Below the pieces are notes generated by a model that saw only the letters and a list, made by a program, of their open reading frames with translations, was not told the DNA's origin and ran no database searches. Positions 49,652 through 57,751 of a stretch of DNA of 64,000 nt are shown here, in pieces. The translations under genes were made by a program, and so were the position numbers. Numbering within the stretch: position 1 is the stretch's first letter; each line of letters starts with the position of its first letter. The stretch comes from Acidimicrobiia bacterium (GTDB lineage: Bacteria; Actinomycetota; Acidimicrobiia; Acidimicrobiales; VFJN01). The stretch covers positions 21,645-85,644 of the forward strand of contig VSCH01000001.1 in NCBI GenBank assembly GCA_047459075.1. The letters run 5' to 3'.

Positions 49652-50959
49652 TCAGGCGAAGGCCGGCTCGACGCCGATGGCGTCGTAGACGGCGGCGACG
49701 AGGCCCCGGCTGCGGGGGTCGCCGGAGAGGTTGGCGACCATGCGGTTCATCACGTAGCCGAACCCCAGCCCGTTCTCGGGGTCGGCGAAGCCGACCGACC
49801 CACCGGCGCCGGCGTGGCCGAACGACCGCGGCGAGCCGTAGGGCGAGAAGTCCGACGAGAGCATGTAGCCCAGCCCGAACGTCGTCTCGAGGACGAGCAC
49901 CCGGTCGCTGCCCTCGGTCTGGCGGGCGGTGGCGACGGCGAGCTGCTCGGGCGTGAGCAGCGGTCCGGCGTCCGCGCCCTCCACCGGCCCGATCGTCGCC
50001 GCGTACATGCGGGCGAGGCTCCGGGCGGTGGTCACGCCGTTGGCGGCGGGCAGCTCGGCGGCCCGGACCCGGGGGTCGTTGAACACGCCGTCGCCGACCA
50101 GCGGCAGGGCGGTCGACCCGCCGAGCGCCCGGAGCAGCAGCGAGTCGGGGCCGAGCAGCGCCTCGACCGTCGCCACGAGGTCGCCGGGCCGCTCGGCGCC
50201 GGGCGTCTCGGCGCCCATGCCCGGCGCGTGGGCCTGCGCCTCGGCCGCCGGGACGGCGTCGCGCTCCCGGGCGGGGCGCAGGCCCCGGTTGGTCAGCGGC
50301 GCCACCCGGCCCTGCTGGTCGTCGGGCAGCCCGATCCAGAGCTCCAGCCCGAGCGGCCGGGCGACCTCCTCGGCGAAGAACGTCCCCAGGCTGCGCCCGG
50401 TGACGCGCCGCACGACCTCGCCCACGAGCCAGCCGTAGGTCACGGCGTGGTAGCCGTGGGCCGTGCCGGGCTCCCACACCGGGGCCATGGCGGCCAGGGC
50501 CTCGACCGGTCGCTCCCAGTCGAGCAGCTCCTCCAGCCCGAGCGGCGCCTCGACGTACGGCAGGCCGGCCTTGTGGCACAGCAGCCAGCGGACGGGGATG
50601 TCGGCCTTGCCCGCGCGGCCGAACTCGGGCCAGTAGGAGGCCACCGGGGCGTCGAGGTCGAGCTCGCCCCGCTGGGCGAGCAGGTGCGCGCAGAGGGCCG
50701 TGGCACCCTTGGTGGACGAGAAGACCAGCTGCAGCGTGTCCTCGGTGTAGGGGGCGCCGGTGGCGGCGTCGGCCACGCCGCCCCACAGGTCGACGACCGT
50801 GCGGCCGTCGTGCACGAGCGCGAAGGCCGCCCCGACCTCCCCGTGCTCGGTGAAGTTGCGGGCGAAGGCGTCGAGGACGCCCTCGTAGCCCGGGGCGATG
50901 CGCCCGTTGATGCCCAGCCGCCCGCCCGGCGTGTCGACCTCGACGGCGACGTCGTCCAT
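49652..50959 (-). CDS. Serine hydrolase, beta-lactamase/esterase family (S12)
   Basis: SxxK motif FSSTKG, YHAVTYG, and C-terminal GHAGAGGS. Paralogous in type to 41316..42461. Confidence 0.8.
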   Translation of the reverse strand: MDDVAVEVDTPGGRLGINGRIAPGYEGVLDAFARNFTEHGEVGAAFALVHDGRTVVDLWGGVADAATGAPYTEDTLQLVFSSTKGATALCAHLLAQRGELDLDAPVASYWPEFGRAGKADIPVRWLLCHKAGLPYVEAPLGLEELLDWERPVEALAAMAPVWEPGTAHGYHAVTYGWLVGEVVRRVTGRSLGTFFAEEVARPLGLELWIGLPDDQQGRVAPLTNRGLRPARERDAVPAAEAQAHAPGMGAETPGAERPGDLVATVEALLGPDSLLLRALGGSTALPLVGDGVFNDPRVRAAELPAANGVTTARSLARMYAATIGPVEGADAGPLLTPEQLAVATARQTEGSDRVLVLETTFGLGYMLSSDFSPYGSPRSFGHAGAGGSVGFADPENGLGFGYVMNRMVANLSGDPRSRGLVAAVYDAIGVEPAFA

Positions 50960-51035
50960 GCTGCGCCCCCCTGTCGGTGTGAACGTCGCCACAGGCTGCC
51001 AAGCGTGCACTGCCCGTGCAACGAGCAGCCGGGGG

Positions 51036-52022
51036 TCAGGGCGTGCGCAGGTCGTCGAAGAGGTCGGTGGAGAAGTAGCGCTCCATCCGGTCGCAGGCGA
51101 CCGTGGCGACGTGGTGGCCGGGGCCCAGCGCGCGGGCCAGGCGGCGGGCGCCCGCCAGGTTCAGGCCGCTGGAGGGCCCGACCGGGAACCCCCGGGCGGC
51201 GAGCTCGCGGGCGGCGGCCATCGCCTCGGCCCGGGGGACGGCGATGGGCGGGTGCCCGCCGAGGGCCTCCTCGTCGAGCAGCCCCGACAGGCAGTCGACG
51301 ACGCCGGGGATGCCGAGGCACGTCGGCCCGCCCTGCTCGGCGTCGACCGTCTCGCCGGCCACCACGACCCGGGCGACGGTGGCGCCCGGGTTGGCGTCCC
51401 GCACCACCCGGCCGACCCCCATGAGCGTGCCGGCCGTGCCCACCGCGGCCACGAACCCGTCGACGGTCGCGCCGGCGGCGCCCACCGCGGCCAGCAGCTC
51501 CGGCCCGGTGCGGGCCTCGTGGGCGGCGGCGTTGGCCGGGTTGGTGAACTGCCGGGGCAGGAAGACGTCGGGCTCGCGGGCGGCCAGCCGCTCGGCCTCG
51601 GCGATCGCCCCCGGCATGCCGCCGTCACCCGGCGACAGCGCCACCTCCCCGCCGAACCGGCGGATGATCATCACCCGCTCGTCGGACACGCCCTCGGGGA
51701 GGACGGCGACGAACCGCACGCCGAGCGCCGCGCACGCCATGGCGAAGGCGATCGACGTCGAGCCGCTTGACGCCTCGACCACCGTCGTGCCCGGCCCGAC
51801 CCGACCGTCCTCCACCGCCCGGGCCAGGACGTGGGCCGCGAACCGGTCCTTGGTCGACCCGCTGGGCAGCTGGTACTCGAGCTTCAGCCAGATCGTGCAG
51901 CCCGAGGGGTCGTCGAGCGGGACGGTGGGCGTCTCGGCCGCCAGCAGGGGCGCGAGCCGGGCCGGGTCGAACGTCCTCGTCGCCGGTCGCAGCTCGGTCA
52001 CCGGGGAGATGCTCCCACGCAC
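51036..52022 (-). CDS. PLP-dependent cysteine synthase-family enzyme (CysK/CysM/CBS fold)
   Basis: PLP-lysine block LPSGSTKDRFA, ASSGSTSIAFA, and the Gly loop GTAGTLMG. Confidence 0.8.
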   Translation of the reverse strand: MRGSISPVTELRPATRTFDPARLAPLLAAETPTVPLDDPSGCTIWLKLEYQLPSGSTKDRFAAHVLARAVEDGRVGPGTTVVEASSGSTSIAFAMACAALGVRFVAVLPEGVSDERVMIIRRFGGEVALSPGDGGMPGAIAEAERLAAREPDVFLPRQFTNPANAAAHEARTGPELLAAVGAAGATVDGFVAAVGTAGTLMGVGRVVRDANPGATVARVVVAGETVDAEQGGPTCLGIPGVVDCLSGLLDEEALGGHPPIAVPRAEAMAAARELAARGFPVGPSSGLNLAGARRLARALGPGHHVATVACDRMERYFSTDLFDDLRTP

Positions 52023-52072
52023 CCGTCCCGGCGGGCGAGGTGGCCGGCCGCGGCGCGGGTCACGCCGCCGGC

Positions 52073-52879
52073 TCAGTCGTCGTCCACGGGGCCGACGGCC
52101 CGGGCCAGCGCGGCCCGCTCGGCCTCGGTGCCCTCCCGCTCGAGCTCGGCCCGGGCGGCGTCGAGGACCGCCCGCTCGACGCGGTAGGCGACGAGCTGGC
52201 CGACGATGCCGGCCAGGGCCCGGATGGAGGCCGCGACCCGCTCGGCCCGCTCGTCCTCGTCCGGACCGCCCCGGTCGCGCCCGGCCGGACGCCCCCGGCG
52301 CAGGCGGGCGCCGACCAGCGTCGACCAGGCGTCGATGACGTCGCGGGCCAGCGCCTCGGACGCCTCCAGCGGCCGGCGGGCGATGCGCATGAGGTCGTCC
52401 AGCGACAGCCCGACCCCCAGCAGCACGAGGACGTTGCGGACGACGCGGACGTCCGCGTCGGTGTAGCGGTCGCCCTCGTCGGTGTGGTGGGGCCGCAGCA
52501 GCCCCGAGGCCTCGAAGGCCCGCAGCACCTCGACCGGCACGCCGCTGCGCTCGGCCACCTCGTCGAGGCGCAGCACCTCGCGCTCCTCCACCAGCGCGAC
52601 CGGGGCCTCGGCGCCCTCGTCGAGCGCCTCGGCGATCATCCGCAGGGTGAAGCCCCGCTCCTTCAGGTGGCGGATGTGCAGCAGCCGCTCGCGGTGGTGG
52701 TCGCCGTACCAGGCCCGGCGGCCCTCGTGCCGGGGTGGGGGCAGCAGGCCCTTCGACTGGTACGACCGCAGCAGCTGCACGCTGATGCCGACCTCGGCCG
52801 CCAGCTCCTCGGCGGTGTAGCGCGCCCCCGGCGGGCGCTCGTGCCCAGACCCCTCGACCACGGCCACGACCTCGTCCAC
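52073..52879 (-). CDS. MerR-family regulator with two tandem MerR HTH domains
   Basis: HTH 1: YTAEELAAEVGISVQLLRSYQSKGLLPPPRHEGRRAWY. HTH 2: LRLDEVAERSGVPVEVLRAFEASGLLRPHHTDEGDRYT. GTG 52879 is preceded by GGAGGGGGA. Confidence 0.8.
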   Translation of the reverse strand: MDEVVAVVEGSGHERPPGARYTAEELAAEVGISVQLLRSYQSKGLLPPPRHEGRRAWYGDHHRERLLHIRHLKERGFTLRMIAEALDEGAEAPVALVEEREVLRLDEVAERSGVPVEVLRAFEASGLLRPHHTDEGDRYTDADVRVVRNVLVLLGVGLSLDDLMRIARRPLEASEALARDVIDAWSTLVGARLRRGRPAGRDRGGPDEDERAERVAASIRALAGIVGQLVAYRVERAVLDAARAELEREGTEAERAALARAVGPVDDD

Positions 52880-52945
52880 TCGTCCCCCTCCCGCGCCCGG
52901 TGCCGCGCCCCGGGGCCCGACCGGCCGGTCCCGCCGGCCGGTCGA

Positions 52946-52982
52946 CTTCGACGAAGTTCTAGAAGCTTTCCACGGATCCGTG
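52946..52982. promoter_or_regulatory. Cluster of three adjacent dyads in the merR/fabD divergent intergenic region (candidate operators)
   Basis: CTTCG-A-CGAAG (52946-56), TTCTAGAA (52957-64), and CACGGATCCGTG (52971-82). This is the only AT-rich patch in the 176-bp spacer. Confidence 0.35.
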
Positions 52983-53055
52983 TAACCATCGGGACCACGG
53001 CGGGTCAGATCCCCTCGGTTCTCGCCCCTTCGCGACCCGCTGGAGGATCCCACAC

Positions 53056-53994
53056 GTGTCGTTCGCCGCGATCTTTCCCGGCCAGGGTGCCGCCGTCCCC
53101 GGCGCCGGCGCGGCCTGGGTCGACCACGCCGCTTGGCGCGTGGTCACCGACGCCGAGGCGGCGGTCGACCGCCCGCTGGCCCGGCTGCTGCTCGACGCCG
53201 ACGCCGACGAGCTGTCGACCACCTACGCCAGCCAGCTCGCCGTCCTGCTCACCTCGCTCGTCGCCTGGCGGGCGATCGAGGACGCCCTCGGCCGGCCGGT
53301 GCCCGTCGCCTTCGCCGGCCACTCGCTCGGCCAGATCACGGCGCTCCTCGCCGCCGGAGCCGTCGACCCGGCCGACGGGTACCGGCTCGCCGTCCGCCGG
53401 GCCGAGCTGAGCCAGCGGTCGGCCGACGCCCGCCCCGGCCGCATGGCCGCCCTCGTCGGCGCCGACCCCGAGGTGGCCGCGGCGGTCTGCGCCGAGGTCG
53501 ACGACGTGTGGGTCGCCAACGACAACGCCCCCGGCCAGGTCGTGATCGCCGGCACGCCCGCCGGGCTCGAGGCCGCGGCCGAGCGGGCCCGGGCCGCCGG
53601 CGTCCGCCGGGTCATGCCCCTCGACGTCGGGCACGCGTTCCACACGCCGCTGCTCGCCGACGCCGCCGCCGACCTGCGGCCGCTGCTCGACGAGACCGCC
53701 TTCCGCGAGCCCACCGCCCCGATCGTCGCCAACACCGACGCCGCCGCCCACACCGACCCGGCCGGGTGGCCCGAGCGCCTGGCCCGCCACCTGACCGAGC
53801 CCGTGCGCTGGCGCGAGTCCCAGCGCACCCTCGCCGGGCTCGGGGCCACGACCTTCGTCGAGGTCGGCCCGGGCAAGGTCCTGGCCGGGCTGGCCAAGCG
53901 GACCGTCCCCGACGTCACCGTCGTCAACGTCGCCACCCCCGACGACGTCGAGACGCTGGCCGAGGCCCTCGCCCCGACGGGAGCGGCCCGATGA
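53056..53994 (+). CDS. fabD: Malonyl-CoA:ACP transacylase
   Basis: FPGQG..., active site GHSLGQ, and AFHTPLL. GTG start is preceded by GGAGGA. Confidence 0.9.
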   Translation: MSFAAIFPGQGAAVPGAGAAWVDHAAWRVVTDAEAAVDRPLARLLLDADADELSTTYASQLAVLLTSLVAWRAIEDALGRPVPVAFAGHSLGQITALLAAGAVDPADGYRLAVRRAELSQRSADARPGRMAALVGADPEVAAAVCAEVDDVWVANDNAPGQVVIAGTPAGLEAAAERARAAGVRRVMPLDVGHAFHTPLLADAAADLRPLLDETAFREPTAPIVANTDAAAHTDPAGWPERLARHLTEPVRWRESQRTLAGLGATTFVEVGPGKVLAGLAKRTVPDVTVVNVATPDDVETLAEALAPTGAAR

Positions 53995-54338
53995 CCGCGC
54001 TCGAGATCGACCGCGGCGACCACCGGCGCGACCCCGGCGGCCCGCCCCCGGTGCACGACGTCGCCGAGCTGACCACCGTCTGCGCCGAGGAGGTGCACGT
54101 GCCCGAGCGACTCATCGCCGCCCCGGCGGCCGGGGTGTTCCAGGCCGCACCGCCCGAGGTCGTCACCGCCGAGGGCGAGATCGTGCACGCCGGCCAGGTC
54201 GTCGGCTCGATCGTGCTGACCGACGGGACGGTCGAGGTCACGAGCGCCCACACGGGGTTCCTCATGGGCCTGCTCGCCATGCCCGGCGAGCGGGTCCGGG
54301 CCGACCAGCCGCTCGCCTGGGTCCGGGTCGTCGCGTGA
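53991..54338 (+). CDS. Small biotinyl/lipoyl-domain-like protein lacking any lysine (function unknown)
   Basis: 115 aa. ATGA overlap with fabD and GTGA overlap with fabH. The C-terminal ~75 aa align by eye to BCCP (APAAGVF...GEIVHAGQVVGSIV-LTDGT-VEVTSAHTGFLMGLLAMPGERVRADQPLAWV), but the E(A/V)MKM lysine position reads LTDGT. Confidence 0.55.
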   Translation: MTALEIDRGDHRRDPGGPPPVHDVAELTTVCAEEVHVPERLIAAPAAGVFQAAPPEVVTAEGEIVHAGQVVGSIVLTDGTVEVTSAHTGFLMGLLAMPGERVRADQPLAWVRVVA

Positions 54339-55450
54339 GCGTCCTCACCGCGGGCGCCGCCCACCCCGCCACCCCCGCCCTGGCGCCGAGCGGGGGCGTC
54401 CGGGTGATCGGCTGGGGCGCCGCCGTCCCCGAGCACCGGGTGACCAACCACGACCTCACCCGCCACCTCGACACCTCCGACGAGTGGATCGTCGAGCGCT
54501 CCGGCATCCGCGAGCGCCGCTGGGCCGGCCCCGGCGAGTCCACCGGCCACCTGGCGGTCGCCGCCTGCCGGGCCGCGCTCGACCGGGCGGGCACCCGGCC
54601 CGACCAGCTCGACGCCGTGCTGCTCGCCACGACGACGCCGGACCACCCGGTGCCGTCGACGGCCGCCGAGGTGGCGGCCGCGCTGGGCACGACCGCCGGC
54701 GCCTTCGACATCAACGCCGCCTGCGCCGGCTTCGTCTACGGGCTGACCGTCGCGGCCGGGCTGATGACGGCCGGGGTCGCCCGCACGGTGCTGGTCGCCG
54801 GCGCCGACGTCATCACCAGCATCCTCGACAAGGGCGACCGCCAGACCGCCGTCCTCTTCGGCGACGGCGCCGGCGCGGTCGTGCTGGCGGCCGGCGACCC
54901 GGCCGAGACCGGCGACCCCGGCGAGACGGGCGCCGGCCCGACGGTCGCCGGGCCGCCCGGCCTGGTGGCCTGCGACCTGGCCGGCGACCCCGGCGGCGTC
55001 GACCTGCTGGTCGTGCCGGCGGGCGGCAGCGCCCGGCCGGCGTCGGCCGAGACCGTCGCCGCCGGCGAGCACCACCTGCGCATGGACGGCCGGGAGGTGT
55101 TCCGCCGAGCCGTGCGGGCCGTGGAGGCGTCGATCGAGCGCACCCTCGCCCGGGCCGGCTGCTCGCCGGAGGACGTGGCGCTCTTCGTCCCCCACCAGGC
55201 GAACGCCCGGATCGTCGAGGCCGTGCTCGCCCGCACCGGCCTCGACCCGGCGCGCACGCTGTCGACCATCGACCGCTACGGGAACACCTCGGCCAGCTCG
55301 ATCCCCATCGCCCTCAGCGAGGCCGCCGACGCCGGTACGGTCGCGCCCGGCGATCTCGTGCTCATGTCCGGGTTCGGTGCCGGCCTGACCGTCGGCACCG
55401 CGCTCTGGCGCTGGGGCACCCTCACACCTGCGGGAGGCGACGATGTCTGA
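54335..55450 (+). CDS. fabH: 3-oxoacyl-ACP synthase III
   Basis: Active-site INAACAGF, HQANARI, and GNTSASSIP. It carries a Gly/Pro/Asp-rich insertion of about 35 aa. Confidence 0.9.
   Translation: MSVLTAGAAHPATPALAPSGGVRVIGWGAAVPEHRVTNHDLTRHLDTSDEWIVERSGIRERRWAGPGESTGHLAVAACRAALDRAGTRPDQLDAVLLATTTPDHPVPSTAAEVAAALGTTAGAFDINAACAGFVYGLTVAAGLMTAGVARTVLVAGADVITSILDKGDRQTAVLFGDGAGAVVLAAGDPAETGDPGETGAGPTVAGPPGLVACDLAGDPGGVDLLVVPAGGSARPASAETVAAGEHHLRMDGREVFRRAVRAVEASIERTLARAGCSPEDVALFVPHQANARIVEAVLARTGLDPARTLSTIDRYGNTSASSIPIALSEAADAGTVAPGDLVLMSGFGAGLTVGTALWRWGTLTPAGGDDV
54893..54928 (+). repeat. Imperfect 18-bp in-frame tandem duplication inside fabH
   Basis: GGCGACCCGGCCGAGACC / GGCGACCCCGGCGAGACG (15/18 identical), encoding GDPAET-GDPGET. 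Confidence 0.7.
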
Positions 55451-56186
55451 GCGAGTCGCGTTGGTCACCGGTGCCTCCGGCGGCATCGGCTCGGCGTGCG
55501 CCCGCGCGCTCGCCGCCGCCGGCCACCGGGTCGCGGTCGGCTACGGCGCCTCGGCCGGCGCGGCCGACAAGGTGTGCGAGGCCATCGCCGCCGACGGCGG
55601 GACCGCCATGAGCGTGGCGATCGACGTCACCGGCCCCGAGTCGGTCGACGCGGCCTTCGCCGCCGTCGAGGAGGCCTGGGGCCCGGTCGAGGTCCTCGTC
55701 AACGCCGCCGGGGTCAACCGCGACAAGCTGGCGGTCCAGCTGCGGGACGAGGACTGGGCCCGCACGCTCGACACCGACCTCACCGGCCCGTTCCTCACCA
55801 CCCGGCGGGCGCTGCGCCCGATGATCAAGGCCCGCTTCGGCCGCATCGTCAACGTCTCGTCGATCGTCGCCGCGACGGGGTCGGCCGGCCAGGCCAACTA
55901 CGCCGCCGCCAAGGCCGGCCTCGTGGGCCTCAGCCGCTCGCTGGCCCGCGAGGTCGCCACCCGCAACATCACGGTCAACGTCGTCGAGCCGGGCCCCATC
56001 ACCACCGCCATGACCGACGCGCTGCCCGAGCAGCGCCGCGAGGCCCTGGCCGCCGCCGTCCCCATGGGCCGGTTCGGCACGCCCGACGAGGTCGCCGCCG
56101 TCGTCGCCTTCCTGTGCAGCGACGCGGCCTCCTACGTCACCGGCGCCGTCGTGCCCGTCGACGGCGGCCTCGGCATGGGCCGCTGA
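55443..56186 (+). CDS. fabG: 3-oxoacyl-ACP reductase
   Basis: SDR motifs TGASGGIG, NAAG, and YAAAK. 8-nt overlap with fabH. Confidence 0.9.
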   Translation: MSERVALVTGASGGIGSACARALAAAGHRVAVGYGASAGAADKVCEAIAADGGTAMSVAIDVTGPESVDAAFAAVEEAWGPVEVLVNAAGVNRDKLAVQLRDEDWARTLDTDLTGPFLTTRRALRPMIKARFGRIVNVSSIVAATGSAGQANYAAAKAGLVGLSRSLAREVATRNITVNVVEPGPITTAMTDALPEQRREALAAAVPMGRFGTPDEVAAVVAFLCSDAASYVTGAVVPVDGGLGMGR

Positions 56187-56234
56187 CCCCGAGATCGTCC
56201 CACCCGTCCCCGAACAGCAAGGAGACAACGGAAC

Positions 56235-56486
56235 ATGGATCGTGCAGCTGCGCTCGAGGCCCTGACCAAGGCCGCGGTCGAGGTCCTCTCGGTCGAGGCC
56301 GACCAGGTGACCGAGGACGCCTCGTTCGCCGACGACCTGGAGGCCGACAGCCTCGACCTCGTCGAGCTCGTCATGCAGCTCGAGGACGCCCTCGACATCA
56401 CCATCGACGAGGACGACCTCGGGGACGTCAAGACGGTCGGGGACGCCGTCGACCTGATCGTGGCGGCCACGGCCGCCAAGGCATGA
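56235..56486 (+). CDS. acpP: Acyl carrier protein
   Basis: 83 aa. Phosphopantetheine site DLEADSLDLVELV. Strong AAGGAGA RBS. Confidence 0.9.
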   Translation: MDRAAALEALTKAAVEVLSVEADQVTEDASFADDLEADSLDLVELVMQLEDALDITIDEDDLGDVKTVGDAVDLIVAATAAKA

Positions 56487-57751
56487 CGGGCGCCGCCGGC
56501 GGGACCGGTTCGCCGACCGACCACCGGGGGCGGCGGCGCGTCGTCGTCACCGGCGTCGGGGTCAAGACGCCGTTCGGCCAGACGGTCGACGACCTCTGGG
56601 ACGGGCTGCTCTCCGGGCGCAGCACGGCCCGGCCCATCACGCTGTTCGACGCGTCCGAGCACTCGGTCGGGTTCGCCTGCGAGGTGCCCGACTTCGACCC
56701 CGTGCCCTACGTCGGCCCCAAGGAGGTGCGCCGGACGGACCGCGCCGCGCTGCTCGGTGTCACCGCGGCCGCCGACGCCATCGCCGCCGCCACCGAGGCG
56801 GCGCCCTTCGACGTCGAGCCGCTGCGGTGCGGCGTCGTCGCCGGATCCGGCATCGGCGGCATCCGCACGCTCGAGGACCAGGTCGTCGGCTACGCCCACA
56901 AGGGGCCGTCGAAGGTCGGGCCCTTCCTCGTGCCGATGATGATGTCCAACGCCACCGCGGCGCTCATCGCCATCCGCCACGGCTTCACCGGGCCCAACAC
57001 CTCGGTGTCCACCGCCTGCGCCACCGGGGCCCACGCCATCGGCGAGGGGGCCCGCCTGGTGCGCGAGGGCATGGCCGACGTCGTCGTGTGCGGCGGCACC
57101 GAGTCGTGCATCACCCCGGTGACCATCGCGGCGTTCGCCCGCATGGGGGCGCTGAGCCGCAACCCCGAGCCCGAGCGGGCCTCCCGGCCCTTCGACCGCG
57201 ACCGGGACGGCTTCGTCATGGGCGAGGGCGCCGGGTTCGTCGTCCTCGAGCCCTACGAGGCCGCGGTCGCCCGCGGCGTGCCGATCCTGGGCGAGGTCGC
57301 CGGCTACGGCATGACCTGCGACGCCCACCACATCACCGCGCCGGTCGAGGACGGCTCCGGCGCCGCGGCGGCCATCGAGATGGCGCTGGCCGACGCCGGC
57401 CTGCCCGCCTCGAGCATCGGGCACGTCAACGCGCACGGCACGTCGACGCCGCACAACGACAGCGCCGAGGCCGCCGCCGTCGCCAAGGTGTTCGGCCCCG
57501 GCGCCGTGCCGGTCACCTCGAACAAGGGCGCCATCGGCCACCTCATCGGGGCCGCCGGCGCCGTCGAGGCCATCGCGGCGCTGCTGGCGGCCGACCGGGG
57601 CGTCGTGCCCCCGACCGCCAACCACGAGGGCACCGACCTGCCGGTCGACGTCGTGGCGGGCGAGCCCCGCGAGATCGGACGGGCGCCCGCCGTGTCGACG
57701 TCGTTCGCGTTCGGCGGCCACAACGTCGCCCTGGTGCTGAAGCCGCTGTGA
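56483..57751 (+). CDS. fabF: 3-oxoacyl-ACP synthase II (KAS I/II)
   Basis: VVVTGVGV, active-site STACATG, HITAP, NAHGTSTP, and FGFGGHN. ATGA overlap with acpP. Confidence 0.9.
   Translation: MTGAAGGTGSPTDHRGRRRVVVTGVGVKTPFGQTVDDLWDGLLSGRSTARPITLFDASEHSVGFACEVPDFDPVPYVGPKEVRRTDRAALLGVTAAADAIAAATEAAPFDVEPLRCGVVAGSGIGGIRTLEDQVVGYAHKGPSKVGPFLVPMMMSNATAALIAIRHGFTGPNTSVSTACATGAHAIGEGARLVREGMADVVVCGGTESCITPVTIAAFARMGALSRNPEPERASRPFDRDRDGFVMGEGAGFVVLEPYEAAVARGVPILGEVAGYGMTCDAHHITAPVEDGSGAAAAIEMALADAGLPASSIGHVNAHGTSTPHNDSAEAAAVAKVFGPGAVPVTSNKGAIGHLIGAAGAVEAIAALLAADRGVVPPTANHEGTDLPVDVVAGEPREIGRAPAVSTSFAFGGHNVALVLKPL

Noticed and set aside
52941-52982. SalI (GTCGAC), XbaI (TCTAGA), HindIII (AAGCTT) and BamHI (GGATCC) sites within 42 bp, superficially like a cloning polylinker or vector contamination.
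   Set aside because: The sites are separated by unrelated native sequence and do not match any polylinker I know. The flanks run seamlessly into GC-rich native genes with an intact RBS and start. I interpret them as natural operator dyads.
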